Below, one piece after another: positions 1-9,822 of a DNA stretch of 64,000 nucleotides; positions within the stretch are counted from its first letter, which is position 1, and every line of letters begins with the position of its first letter. Below the pieces are notes generated by a model that was not told where the DNA came from, ran no database searches, and saw only the letters and a program-made list of their open reading frames with translations. A program made the translations under genes and the position numbers. The stretch is from a bacterium. GTDB taxonomy: Bacteria; Sysuimicrobiota; Sysuimicrobiia; Sysuimicrobiales; Kaftiobacteriaceae. The stretch lies in assembly GCA_044868695.1 (NCBI GenBank), contig JBIOWP010000053.1:35103-99102 (forward strand), read 5' to 3'.

Positions 1-84
1 ATTCTCGACATTCCGCGGACACCGGAAGATCTCCAGCATACCCGGCGTGTCTTCGAGGGGATCTCGCAGACCGTGGCCCGATGA
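1..84 (+). CDS. 3' end of upstream CDS (partial, unknown product)
   Basis: Open frame ILDIPRTPEDLQHTRRVFEGISQTVAR* whose TGA overlaps the ATG at 81 (ATGA coupling). Confidence 0.6.
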   Translation: MLDIPRTPEDLQHTRRVFEGISQTVAR

Positions 85-1691
85 TCGAACGGCTCGAACA
101 CTGGGTGGCGGAGCAGGGGCAGCGTCGCCCGGACGCGACGGCGGTCGTGCTCGGCGACGAGCGCCACACGTATGGCCGCCTCGAGGCCCTCTCGAATCAA
201 CTGTCCCGGTGCCTGCTGGAGCTTGGGTGCGAGCGCGGCGACCGCGTCTGCCTGCTGAGCCCCAAGTCCCCGAGTGCCATCGCGGCGATCATCGGGATCT
301 ATAAGGCCGGCGCGATCTACGTGCCGCTCGACCCGGCCAGCCCGGCGCCACGGCTGGCCAAGATCATCGACTCCTGCGAGCCCCGATGGCTGCTTGCCGC
401 CGGGCCGGTCACCGGTCTCATCGATGACCTCGCCGGCGACGGCGGAGGCCGGTCGTCGCTGCGCGTCGGCTGGCTCGGGCTCGACCACCCGCAGACCGGC
501 CGGGTCCGGATGACATTCTCGGCGCGCGACCTGGAGGGCTACCCGCCGGGCCCGGTGGGAACGCCGGGTGGGCGGTCTGACCCGGCACACATCCTTTACA
601 CCTCCGGATCCACGGGGCAGCCGAAGGGTGTCATGATCACTCACGACAATGTGCTCCAGTTCATCCAGTGGGCCGTGCGCTATTTCGACATGCGGCCGGG
701 AGATCGAAACTCCTGCCACCCGCCGCTGCACTTTGACCTGTCGATGCTCGATATCTTCGGGACGTTTGCGTCAGGCGGCGAGCTCCACCTGGTCCCGCCC
801 GACATCAACGTCCTGCCGAACAAACTGGCTGAATTCATCCGGACCTCGGCGCTCGTCCAGTGGTTCTCTGTCCCGTCCGTCCTCAACTACATGGCGAAGT
901 TCGACGTGGTGCGGTTCGATGACTTCCCGGCGCTCCGGCGCCTGCTGTGGTGCGGCGAGGTCTTTCCCACGCCGGCCCTGATCTACTGGATGCAACGCCT
1001 GCCGCACGTACAGTTCACGAACCTCTACGGGCCGACCGAGACCACGATCGCCAGCAGCTACTACACATTGCCGGCGTGCCCGCAGGCGGAAACGGTGCAA
1101 GTGCCGATCGGGAGGGCGTGCGAAGGGGAGGAACTTTTCGTGCTCGATGACCGCCTGCAGCCTGTGCGGTCCGGCGATGTCGGCGAGCTCTGCATCGGCG
1201 GCGCCGGCGTGAGCCCCGGGTACTGGCGGGATCCCGACCGCACGCGCGCCGCGTTCCTCTCGCCTCCGGGGGCGGCCGACCCGGAGGCGCGGATGTACCG
1301 GACCGGCGATCTGGCGAGGGTCGGGGACGACGGCCTAGTCTACTTCCTGGGCCGCACCGACTCGCAGATCAAGCACCGGGGGTATCGCATCGAGCTGGGC
1401 GAGATCGAGACCGCGCTGCATGCCATGGGCAGCCTGCGCGAAGTCGCCGTCGTGGGCGTCACTGCGAGCGGGTTCGAGGGGACCAGCATCTGCTGCGCGT
1501 ACGTGCCCGCGGCCGGCCGGTCGCTCTCGCCCACGATGCTCCGCCAGCACTTGAGCCGGCGGCTGCCACCGTATATGTTGCCCGCGCGGTGGATGGCCCT
1601 GCGGGAGCTCCCCAAGAACGCCAACGGGAAGATCGATCGCCGCCGCCTGACTGAAATGTTCCAGCTCGAGGAGGCGGTGGGGTCCCGATGA
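81..1691 (+). CDS. Stand-alone amino acid adenylation domain protein (DltA-like)
   Basis: A-domain motifs YTSGSTGQPKG, FDLS, CGE, NLYGPTE, YRTGDL, KHRGYRIELGEIE, LPKNANGKIDR. Confidence 0.9.
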   Translation: MIERLEHWVAEQGQRRPDATAVVLGDERHTYGRLEALSNQLSRCLLELGCERGDRVCLLSPKSPSAIAAIIGIYKAGAIYVPLDPASPAPRLAKIIDSCEPRWLLAAGPVTGLIDDLAGDGGGRSSLRVGWLGLDHPQTGRVRMTFSARDLEGYPPGPVGTPGGRSDPAHILYTSGSTGQPKGVMITHDNVLQFIQWAVRYFDMRPGDRNSCHPPLHFDLSMLDIFGTFASGGELHLVPPDINVLPNKLAEFIRTSALVQWFSVPSVLNYMAKFDVVRFDDFPALRRLLWCGEVFPTPALIYWMQRLPHVQFTNLYGPTETTIASSYYTLPACPQAETVQVPIGRACEGEELFVLDDRLQPVRSGDVGELCIGGAGVSPGYWRDPDRTRAAFLSPPGAADPEARMYRTGDLARVGDDGLVYFLGRTDSQIKHRGYRIELGEIETALHAMGSLREVAVVGVTASGFEGTSICCAYVPAAGRSLSPTMLRQHLSRRLPPYMLPARWMALRELPKNANGKIDRRRLTEMFQLEEAVGSR

Positions 1692-2197
1692 GGCTGCTCC
1701 CGCTGGAGACGCCGCAACTCATCGCGCGCGTCGCCGACTGGCTCAACGACCCCGGGAATGCGCAGTGGCTCGATCTCGGCGGCGGGCCCGTGACCCCTGC
1801 GCTCGTCAAGATCATGGCGCAGCGGGACACCAACGTGATGCGCGCCTTCACCGCCGACGACGACGAAACGCCGATCGGCGTCGTGGCGTTCCAAAATGTC
1901 GACCGGCGCTGCAAGACCGCGACGATCTGGATCGTGCTCGGCGACAAGACCCACGGCGGTCGACTCTACTCCATTCGGGCCACGTCAAAATTGCTGACGT
2001 TCGGATTTCAGGAGCTCGGACTTACGGCGGTCAACACTTGGATCGTGGAACATAACCGCTCTCAGGCGATCGCAAAGCGCCTCCATTTTCGCTACGTGGG
2101 GCGGATGCGCCAGTGCCACTACATCGATGGCCAGCCGTTTGACCGCCTGTGGTTCGATCTTCTCGCCTCCGAACACCGGGAGCGCAACGGTGGCTGA
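1688..2197 (+). CDS. GNAT family N-acetyltransferase (RimJ/RimL-like)
   Basis: 169 aa; FGFQELGLTAV...N.RSQAIAKRLHFRYVGRMRQ pattern; coupled to neighbours. Confidence 0.75.
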   Translation: MRLLPLETPQLIARVADWLNDPGNAQWLDLGGGPVTPALVKIMAQRDTNVMRAFTADDDETPIGVVAFQNVDRRCKTATIWIVLGDKTHGGRLYSIRATSKLLTFGFQELGLTAVNTWIVEHNRSQAIAKRLHFRYVGRMRQCHYIDGQPFDRLWFDLLASEHRERNGG

Positions 2198-2456
2198 CGT
2201 CGCCGCGGTCGAAGCACGCATCACGCAGATCTTTGCGCGGGCGCTCCATCTGGAGATTCCCGCAGCCGATCTGGATCTGTTCGAGACGGGAGCGATCGAC
2301 TCGCTCGCGTTTGTGGAGTTCCTCCTGCATCTGGAGCGTGAGTTTGGGATCAAGGTCTCGCTGGAGGATCTGGAACTCGACAGCTTCAGGACGATTCAGC
2401 GGATCGCCCAGTATGTGACCGCGCGGAACGGGACGACACCTACCGCATCCCGGTGA
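2190..2456 (+). CDS. Acyl/aminoacyl carrier protein (DltC-like)
   Basis: GTG start overlapping upstream stop; DLFETGAIDSLAFVEFLLHLEREFGI phosphopantetheine motif. Confidence 0.9.
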   Translation: MADVAAVEARITQIFARALHLEIPAADLDLFETGAIDSLAFVEFLLHLEREFGIKVSLEDLELDSFRTIQRIAQYVTARNGTTPTASR

Positions 2457-2460
2457 CGCG

Positions 2461-2940
2461 ATGGATCCTGAAGCGCGCAAGAAGACCCTCCGGATGTTCA
2501 GCAACGGGATGTACGTCGTGACGTCACGCAGCGGGGAACACTATGGCGCGGCGACCGTCACCTGGATGTCGCAGGCCTCATTCAGACCTCCCCTGCTCAT
2601 GACGGCGATCCGCAGGGACAGTAACGTCTTTCGCTGCCTCGCCGAGAGCCGACTGGCCGCAGTGCACGTCTTGGGACGCGGCCAGCAAGAGATGGCGGCG
2701 AAATTCTTCCGGCCCACGAGAGTGGCGGATGGCCTGCTCAACGGCGAGCCCTTCGTTGAAGGCTCGACCGCCGTCCCGATTCTGACGAACACCCCCGCGC
2801 ATGTCGAGTGCACAGTGCGCCAGATCATCGACGCCGGCGGGGATCATGCGGTCGTCATCCTGGAAGTGGCGGACGCGGTCTGCCGCGTCCGGATGCCGGT
2901 GCTCACAATTGCCGACTCGCCCTGGGAGTACGGAGGCTAG
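2461..2940 (+). CDS. Flavin reductase-like FMN-binding protein
   Basis: GMYVVTS, SQASFRPPL, GDHAVVI motifs. Confidence 0.85.
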   Translation: MDPEARKKTLRMFSNGMYVVTSRSGEHYGAATVTWMSQASFRPPLLMTAIRRDSNVFRCLAESRLAAVHVLGRGQQEMAAKFFRPTRVADGLLNGEPFVEGSTAVPILTNTPAHVECTVRQIIDAGGDHAVVILEVADAVCRVRMPVLTIADSPWEYGG

Positions 2941-4044
2941 GTGGTCATGCCGGCGGGCCGGGTGCGCGGATTCGAGGAGCGCGATGTCCTCCATGTCACC
3001 GAGCTGCACCGGCGCGTGTTTCCGGCGCTCAACGGCCATGGCGCACCTCCGGAAGCGTACCACGCGTACTTCCGGGAGATCTTCTTGACCAATCCATTGA
3101 GCGGCGGCGAGTCCCCATCGCTTGTGTACGAGGAGGGCGGAGACGTCGTCGGCTTTCTTGGCGTGATCCATCGGCAGATGAGCCTGCGCGGTCAGCCGGT
3201 CCGCATGGCGACCAGCTCCCAGTTCATCGTCGATCCAGGCCGGCGCGCCACGCTGGCCGGCATCGAGCTGGTCCGGGCGTTGCTCGCCGGGCCTCAGGAT
3301 TTCACCCTGGCCGATGAAGCGATCGACCTCACGCGCAGGCTTTGGGAGGGTTTGGGGGGGGCCACGGTGCCGCTGTACAGCCTGTCTTGGGTCCGAGTCC
3401 TCCGGCCCTTTGAGTTTGCCGTACGACGCTGGGGTGGAGGTCGGCGCCTCGCGTCCGCCTGGCTCCCGGCGTCTCATCTGGCCGACGCGGTGGCGACCCG
3501 TCTCCCCGGCACTCCATTCCGGCCGCCGGCCTCCGCGCTGCGAGGGGAAGAGCTGGACGGCGAGGCGCTGGCCGCATGCCTGGCTGAGTTTCCACAGGAC
3601 CGCGCTCTCCGGCCTGCGTACGACGGCCGGGCCGCGGCGTGGCTGCTGGAGATCCTGGCGCGCAAGCCGGGCAGCGGGCCGCTGCGCAAGACGCTCGTTC
3701 GAGATGCTGGGGGCGAGATCGCCGGTTGGTACCTCTACGCCGCGACACGCGGGGGGATCGCTGAGGTCATCCAGCTCGGCGCCCGAGAGGGGTCGATCGG
3801 TGCAGTCCTCGATCACCTGTCTGCGCAGGCCTGGCGGGACGGGATCGTGGGTTTGATTGGACGGCTCGATCCGCGGTCCGTGGGAGAGTTCACCGCCCGG
3901 AGGTGCTTCTTCCACCATCGGGGGTATTGGACGCTGGTGCACGCGAGGGACCCGCGGGTGTTAACTGCCCTCCAGCGCGGCGACGCGTTTGTGACGCGGC
4001 TCGAGGGTGAGTGGTGCCTGCGCTTTCAGGTGGGGGCGGCCTAA
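2941..4044 (+). CDS. Putative GNAT-fold acyltransferase (paralog of 19581..20672)
   Basis: VVGFLG...SSQFIVDPGRR acyl-donor-binding-like segment; clear paralogy to second copy. Confidence 0.6.
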   Translation: MVMPAGRVRGFEERDVLHVTELHRRVFPALNGHGAPPEAYHAYFREIFLTNPLSGGESPSLVYEEGGDVVGFLGVIHRQMSLRGQPVRMATSSQFIVDPGRRATLAGIELVRALLAGPQDFTLADEAIDLTRRLWEGLGGATVPLYSLSWVRVLRPFEFAVRRWGGGRRLASAWLPASHLADAVATRLPGTPFRPPASALRGEELDGEALAACLAEFPQDRALRPAYDGRAAAWLLEILARKPGSGPLRKTLVRDAGGEIAGWYLYAATRGGIAEVIQLGAREGSIGAVLDHLSAQAWRDGIVGLIGRLDPRSVGEFTARRCFFHHRGYWTLVHARDPRVLTALQRGDAFVTRLEGEWCLRFQVGAA

Positions 4045-5226
4045 GTGCGCAGGCTCCGCAGACTGGCGGCCAACCTCTCAGTCGCGGTCGGCGCGATCCT
4101 CGTGATGTGCCTCATGCTTGAGGGGACCCTCGCCGTCGTCAAGATCAACTCCCGGTCTGCCACCGAGTTCGATCCGGACACGGGATATTCATTTGTTCCG
4201 GGCGCCCACTACATCAACCGAAAGGAAGGGTTCTCAGAGGGGCATTTCAACTCCCACGGCTTCCGGGACGCGGAGCGCACCTGGGCGAAGCCGCCGAACA
4301 CCTACCGCATCCTGGTGTTGGGCGACTCGTTCGTGGAGGCCTTCAACGTCCCCCGTGAGCACGCGTTTCCCGCCTTGCTTGAGGCGAAGCTGAACGCAAC
4401 CTCACCCTCGCGGCGCTTCGAGGTGCTGGCCCTGGGCCAGTCGGGCTTCGGCACCGCCGACGCCTACATGCGCTACCTCAACGTTGGCGTCCGCTACGCT
4501 CCCGACATGGTGATTCTGGCCTTCTACATGGGGAATGACGTCCGCGACAACTCCAGGTTCCTGAGCATGAACTGGATCAGATTCTACTTCACCATTGATG
4601 AACACGGCGAGCTGGTCCTGGACCGTTCTACCCTTGACGGCTATGCCAAGCAGCTGACGCCGCTGCATCGCGCGTACCAGACGATGAAGCGGTACTCCTA
4701 TCTCCTCAGCCTGATTTCGGAACGCGCCTTTCTGGTGCGGCGCCAGATCCGGGAGGGGAGGTTCCAGCAGGCACATGCGAACACGGGGCAGGGAGGGCTC
4801 GACGAGTTTTCTGACTTCAACGTGTACCTTCCTGATCCGACACCCCGGTGGACCGAGGCCTGGAACGTCACCGAGCGGGTACTTGTGAAGTTCGCGGGAG
4901 AGGTCGCCTCGCGAGGCACGCCCTTCGTCCTGGTGATCCTCGGCGCCGCCGAGCAGGTCCATCCGGAGCTGGCACAGGACCTGCGCACGGAATACAGTCT
5001 CCCATTCGACGTCGACCTCCCCGACCGGCGGCTCCGGGAGGTCGCGGCCCGGCACGGCATCCGCACGCTTGATCTGATCCCGGCCTTTCGGGACTATGAC
5101 CGGCGCACGGGGACCTACCTCTACGGTTCTGGCTCGATGATCGCAGGACACTGGAACGAGGCGGGGCACCGGCTGGCAGCCGAGGACATTTTCTTGTACC
5201 TCAGGGAGGATAGGGTCATCCCATGA
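4045..5226 (+). CDS. Membrane-anchored SGNH/GDSL hydrolase-family protein (AlgJ/AlgX-like polysaccharide acyl-modifier)
   Basis: N-terminal TM; NSHGFRD, VLGDSF, GND, GHWNEAGH. Confidence 0.8.
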   Translation: MRRLRRLAANLSVAVGAILVMCLMLEGTLAVVKINSRSATEFDPDTGYSFVPGAHYINRKEGFSEGHFNSHGFRDAERTWAKPPNTYRILVLGDSFVEAFNVPREHAFPALLEAKLNATSPSRRFEVLALGQSGFGTADAYMRYLNVGVRYAPDMVILAFYMGNDVRDNSRFLSMNWIRFYFTIDEHGELVLDRSTLDGYAKQLTPLHRAYQTMKRYSYLLSLISERAFLVRRQIREGRFQQAHANTGQGGLDEFSDFNVYLPDPTPRWTEAWNVTERVLVKFAGEVASRGTPFVLVILGAAEQVHPELAQDLRTEYSLPFDVDLPDRRLREVAARHGIRTLDLIPAFRDYDRRTGTYLYGSGSMIAGHWNEAGHRLAAEDIFLYLREDRVIP

Positions 5227-5573
5227 AACTGACGGTCCTGCCCAATGACTTGCGCGACAGCACGGTGGCGGAGCGCGACACCCACGATCGCGCTCCCGCG
5301 AGGAGTGCATCCGTCCCGCGATGGCGCGAAACACCTGTGCTCAAGCGACTCGCCGTGCTCTGGGAAAAGTGGAAGGTTATCGCCCGCCGCATCGGCGATT
5401 TCCAGGCTCGAGTGCTGCTGTCGATCTTCTACTTCACCGTCCTGGCGCCGTTCGCCATCGGCGTCACGCTGTTCTCCGACCCGCTGCGGATCCGTCCGAC
5501 CGGCGGGTCCGGGTGGACGGAGCGCCCCGTGCCCACCGACGATGCGGCCGCGCAGGCCGGCAGGCAATTCTGA
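5223..5573 (+). CDS. Small membrane protein, SxtJ-like (carbamoyltransferase-associated)
   Basis: W..IARRIGDFQARVLLSIFYFTVLAPFAI...DPL...W...QF pattern directly upstream of carbamoyltransferase. Confidence 0.65.
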   Translation: MKLTVLPNDLRDSTVAERDTHDRAPARSASVPRWRETPVLKRLAVLWEKWKVIARRIGDFQARVLLSIFYFTVLAPFAIGVTLFSDPLRIRPTGGSGWTERPVPTDDAAAQAGRQF

Positions 5574-5574
5574 C

Positions 5575-7350
5575 GTGCACATCCTGGGTATCTCCTGCTA
5601 TTTCCACGACGCCGCAGCCGCGCTGCTCCGCGACGGCGAGCTCGTCGCCGCCGCCGAAGAAGAACGGTTTACCCGGAAGAAGCACGACTACGGATTCCCA
5701 ACCCATGCCATCGACTTCTGCTTGAACGCGGCGGGTCTGCGATCGGAAGATCTCGATCTCGTCGTCTTCTTCGAAAAGCCCTTCCGGAAGTTCGAGCGGA
5801 TTCTGCTGTCCACGATGCAGACATTTCCGCGCTCCCGCGGTGTCTTCTCGGAGTCGATGATCTCGTGGATGATCGACAAGCTCTGGATCAAGGCGCTCCT
5901 CCAGCGGCACCTACGGATCCCGCCGTCGAAGATCGCGTTCAGCGATCACCATCTGTCCCATGCGGCGAGCGCCTTCTTCTGCTCGCCCTTCACGGACGCC
6001 GCCATCCTCACCGTCGACGGCGTGGGCGAGTGGGCCACGGCGACCTACGGCGTCGGACACGACCGTGAGATCCGCATCCTGCGGGAAATCCGCTTCCCGC
6101 ACTCGCTGGGGCTGCTCTACAGCGCGTTCACGGCGTTTCTCGGGTTCGAGGTGAATGAAGGCGAGTATAAGGTCATGGGCATGGCCCCCTTCGGGCAGCC
6201 GCGGTACGCGGAGGACGTGTCCAAGCTGATCACGGTCGAATCAGACGGCAGCTTCCGTCTGAACATGGACTACTTCAGCTTCCATCATTCCACCGAGTCG
6301 ACCTACAACAGGAAGTTCCTGGATCTCTTTGGGGCGCCGCGTGACCCGCGCGCGCACTTCTTCACGCCGTCGAGCGGCTACCCGTCCTACTTCGGTGAAC
6401 GGCCGGCGGACTACGAGGCGCAGGCGCAGTCGAACCAGCACTATGCCGACCTGGCGGCCAGCATTCAGGCGGTGACGGAGGATGTCCTCCTGCGCATGGC
6501 CACCCGGCTGCACCAGGAGACGGGACTGAAGGCGCTCTGCATGGCCGGCGGCGTCGCGCTCAACAGCGTGGCCAACGGACGGATCCTCCGGGAGACGCCG
6601 TTTGAGGACATCTACATCCAGCCCGCGGCGGGGGACGGCGGCGGAGCCGTCGGCGCCGCGCTGTATGGGTACCACATGGTCTGCGGCAAGCCCCGGGGGT
6701 TCGTCATGGGCCATGCCTACTGGGGCCAGGAGCACACGAGCGCGCAGATCGACGCGTTCGTCCGCGGGACGAACGCCGCGCACACCCGCCTCGACGCCGA
6801 GGACCGGCTCCTGGACCGCGTCGTCGGGCACCTCCAGTCGGGCAAGGTCGTCGGCTGGTTCCAGGGGCGGTCTGAATGGGGGCCGCGGGCGCTGGGGAAC
6901 CGGAGCATCCTGGCGGACCCTCGGCGGGCGGACATGAAGGAAATCGTGAACACAAAGATCAAGTTCCGCGAGCCGTTCCGCCCGTTCGCGCCCGCGGTGC
7001 TGGTAGACCGCGCCGCGGATTTCTTCGACCTGCCGGAGCCGCGGCGCCACTATCCCGCTCGCTACATGCTGTACGTCGTGGATGTCAAGCCCGGCATGCG
7101 GGACCGTGTACCGGCCACCACCCATGTGGACGGCACCGCGCGCTTGCAGACGGTGTACGCGGACCTGGCCCCCCGGTACTTCCGTCTCATTGAGCTGTTC
7201 GGCGAGGCCACCGGGGTGCCCGTGGTGCTCAACACCTCGTTCAACCTGAGAGGCGAGCCTATTGTGAACACGCCGGCCGAGGCCTTCAGTACTTTCCAGC
7301 GTAGCGGCATGGACGTGCTCGTGCTCGGCGACCACATCATTGAGAAGTGA
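5575..7350 (+). CDS. O-carbamoyltransferase (NodU/CmcH family)
   Basis: ILGISCYFHDAAA, EEERFTRKKH, HHLSHAASAF, GEYKVMGMA, GGVALN, EWGPRALGNRSIL, KFREPFRPFAP, LNTSFN; GTG start at 5575. Confidence 0.95.
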   Translation: MHILGISCYFHDAAAALLRDGELVAAAEEERFTRKKHDYGFPTHAIDFCLNAAGLRSEDLDLVVFFEKPFRKFERILLSTMQTFPRSRGVFSESMISWMIDKLWIKALLQRHLRIPPSKIAFSDHHLSHAASAFFCSPFTDAAILTVDGVGEWATATYGVGHDREIRILREIRFPHSLGLLYSAFTAFLGFEVNEGEYKVMGMAPFGQPRYAEDVSKLITVESDGSFRLNMDYFSFHHSTESTYNRKFLDLFGAPRDPRAHFFTPSSGYPSYFGERPADYEAQAQSNQHYADLAASIQAVTEDVLLRMATRLHQETGLKALCMAGGVALNSVANGRILRETPFEDIYIQPAAGDGGGAVGAALYGYHMVCGKPRGFVMGHAYWGQEHTSAQIDAFVRGTNAAHTRLDAEDRLLDRVVGHLQSGKVVGWFQGRSEWGPRALGNRSILADPRRADMKEIVNTKIKFREPFRPFAPAVLVDRAADFFDLPEPRRHYPARYMLYVVDVKPGMRDRVPATTHVDGTARLQTVYADLAPRYFRLIELFGEATGVPVVLNTSFNLRGEPIVNTPAEAFSTFQRSGMDVLVLGDHIIEK

Positions 7351-7364
7351 GGGGTGATACCGTC

Positions 7365-7535
7365 ATGAGGAGCCTGCTGGCCAGATTCTCGATCGCCGGA
7401 GAGCTGCTGACCTTCCTCTGGAAGGCGCGGCTGTGGTGGATGGTCCCCGTCGTCGCCATGCTGCTGCTCCTGGGGGGGCTCATCATCCTGGCGCATAGCT
7501 CCGCCATTGCGCCATTCATCTACACACTCTTTTGA
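7365..7535 (+). CDS. Small membrane protein, DUF5989/SxtK-like
   Basis: ELLTFLWKARLWWMVP...SAIAPFIYTLF C-terminus typical of peptides downstream of carbamoyltransferases. Confidence 0.8.
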   Translation: MRSLLARFSIAGELLTFLWKARLWWMVPVVAMLLLLGGLIILAHSSAIAPFIYTLF

Positions 7536-8743
7536 TGAGCCGGTACGGAGAGAACGGTGGACGCGCGGCCGCGGATATCGCGGTCCGCGCTCCGGCGGGT
7601 GTGGGCGGTCCCCTGCGGGTGGAGGTGATCGAGGATGTTGGACGCTTCCGCGCGCTCCGGGACGAATGGACCGCGCTCCTCGAGCGCAGCGCAGCGGACG
7701 GCCTCTTCCTTACCTGGGAATGGCTGTTCACGTGGTGGAGACACCTGTCCGGCGGCGCCCGGCTTCACGTCCTCGCCGTCTGGTCGGATGGGGAGATGGT
7801 CGGACTCGCGCCGCTCCTCCTCCGGCGGCGGCGGGCGCTGGAGGCGCCATTTCCGGTTTTGGAATTCCTGGGCGGAACCGCTGGGTCCGACTACCTGGAC
7901 CTGGTTCTACGATCCGGATCAGAATCGCAGGCTGTGGATGCCCTCGCCGATTATCTCGGCGCCGAGAAGCTCGCACTTCGCCTGACGCAGGTCCGCCCCG
8001 GTTCGTCCGCAGCTGTGCTTGCCGCCGAGCTGGAGCGCCGCGGATGGTGGCTTGACGCCGTCAGCACGGAAGTGTGCCCGCTCGTGACGTGGCCGGCGCC
8101 GTCGTGGGACTCCTATCTGGCGACCCTCACGTCGAAAGACCGGGTCGACTTCCGTCGGCGTCTCAACAACCTGAGCAAGCAGTTCGAGGTCCGCTTCGAA
8201 CAGGCCGAAACGGAGGAGGGGCGTCGAGAGACGCTGCGCGCGTTGTTCGCGCTCCATGACAGCCGGTGGCGGGAGCGAGGAGGCTCCACGGCCCTCCACA
8301 CCCCCGCGCTCCGGTCCTTCCATGACGAGGTGACCGCTCTGGCGCTGACGCGCGGGTGGCTGCGACTCTACCTGCTGGTCCTCGACGGCCAGCCGGTCGC
8401 GGCACAGTATAGCTTCAGATATCGCGGGACATTCTACGACTACCAGAAGGGGTTCGACCCGAGCTACTGCCGGCACGGCATCGGGCTCATCACCGTCGGG
8501 CTGACAATCAAGCGCGCGATCGAGGAAGGCGCAGCTGAGTATGACTTCCTCCATGGCGCCGAGCCATACAAGTTCCGGTGGGCAGGCCAGGTGCGTGAAC
8601 TGAGCCGGCTCGAGCTTTTCCCTCCTGGCGCGCGTGGGGCCACCTACCGGCTGCTTGTGGCGGGGGGCAGCAAAGCGAGAAAGGCTGTGCGAAAGGTCGT
8701 GGGCGATGTTCTGGCAGATCGTCTCACCGGTCGCCGGGGATGA
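7532..8743 (+). CDS. GNAT family acyltransferase (CelD/BcsL-like)
   Basis: FLTWEWLFTWW, SDYLDL, YQKGFDP, YDFLHGAEPYKFRW. Confidence 0.85.
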   Translation: MMSRYGENGGRAAADIAVRAPAGVGGPLRVEVIEDVGRFRALRDEWTALLERSAADGLFLTWEWLFTWWRHLSGGARLHVLAVWSDGEMVGLAPLLLRRRRALEAPFPVLEFLGGTAGSDYLDLVLRSGSESQAVDALADYLGAEKLALRLTQVRPGSSAAVLAAELERRGWWLDAVSTEVCPLVTWPAPSWDSYLATLTSKDRVDFRRRLNNLSKQFEVRFEQAETEEGRRETLRALFALHDSRWRERGGSTALHTPALRSFHDEVTALALTRGWLRLYLLVLDGQPVAAQYSFRYRGTFYDYQKGFDPSYCRHGIGLITVGLTIKRAIEEGAAEYDFLHGAEPYKFRWAGQVRELSRLELFPPGARGATYRLLVAGGSKARKAVRKVVGDVLADRLTGRRG

Positions 8744-9822
8744 ACTGGGTGCGAGTCTTCAAGGAAACAGCCTACACGGCGAGCGCTTGCCTGGGCCTGA
8801 CACGGGCGGCGATTCGGTGTGTCCGCCGGAAGGCCCTCGTCCTCGAGTATCACAATGTCAACGCAGGCGACTCGGATCCGATCCGCAACCTCGACGGCCT
8901 TCACGTGCGCGTCTCTCAGTTCGAGCGCCAGATGGACCATCTTGCGGCGCACTACCACGTGGTACCCCTGGACGATCTCCTGGATGCGTCCGCCCAGATG
9001 CGGCGGGGAAAACCGCGCGCGGCGATCACCTTCGACGACGGCTACCGGGACACATACACCTACGCCGTTCCGATTCTTCAGCGACTCGGCCTTCCGGCCA
9101 CGGTATTCATCGTCACGGACTTTCTGGTTTCCGGCGGTTCCCCCTGGTGGGACCGTCTCTGGGCCATGGTCGCTGCGGCCCGCAGCCCGCTACATCGGAT
9201 TTCCGTCCATGCTGCGGCACAGGAGCTCCCGATCGTCACGGTGCGTGACAAGGAGACCGCGGTGCGAGAACTGACGCGTGCGCTCCGTGAGCTCCCGACC
9301 GCGGTGCGCGAGGCTGAGCTCAGCCGGCTTGCCGCCGAGGTGGGCGTGGACCAGGGCGAGATGAAGACGCATGCTCCCATGTCCGTATCCGAGCTCCGCG
9401 CGATGGTTGACGCGGGAATCACGGTGGGGAGTCACGGATGCTCGCATGATTCATTCCATCAACTCGGCCGCGAGCGCCTTCGGGAAGAGCTCGCCGAGTC
9501 CAAGCAGGTTCTGGAGTCGCTGACCGGCCGCCCGGTCACGTGGCTCTCCTACCCCTATGGAGATTTCTCAGCAGATGTGGCGCAGATGGCGGCTCAGGCC
9601 GGGTATCACGGAGCGGTGACAACAATCGAAGGGCTGAACGATGGGGTGCCCGACCCCTACGCGATCCGCCGCTTGGGGGTGGACGATCGTATGAGCTTCG
9701 CGCACTTCCGTGTCGTGGTGTCGGGATTGAGGGACGTGCTCAAAGGTCGCCTGCGGACCGACCGCGGTCCCGTCGCGCGCCGCGCCATCCAGTACGCTCA
9801 GGATGAAACCCGCAGCTCGTGA
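8740..9822 (+). CDS. Polysaccharide deacetylase family protein
   Basis: LEYHNV, ITFDDGYRD, GSHGCSH, SYPYG NodB motifs. Confidence 0.9.
   Translation: MNWVRVFKETAYTASACLGLTRAAIRCVRRKALVLEYHNVNAGDSDPIRNLDGLHVRVSQFERQMDHLAAHYHVVPLDDLLDASAQMRRGKPRAAITFDDGYRDTYTYAVPILQRLGLPATVFIVTDFLVSGGSPWWDRLWAMVAAARSPLHRISVHAAAQELPIVTVRDKETAVRELTRALRELPTAVREAELSRLAAEVGVDQGEMKTHAPMSVSELRAMVDAGITVGSHGCSHDSFHQLGRERLREELAESKQVLESLTGRPVTWLSYPYGDFSADVAQMAAQAGYHGAVTTIEGLNDGVPDPYAIRRLGVDDRMSFAHFRVVVSGLRDVLKGRLRTDRGPVARRAIQYAQDETRSS

Noticed and set aside
5223..7535. Saxitoxin cluster (sxtIJK-like trio)
   Set aside because: No sxtA/sxtG-like genes; the trio is embedded in a polysaccharide operon
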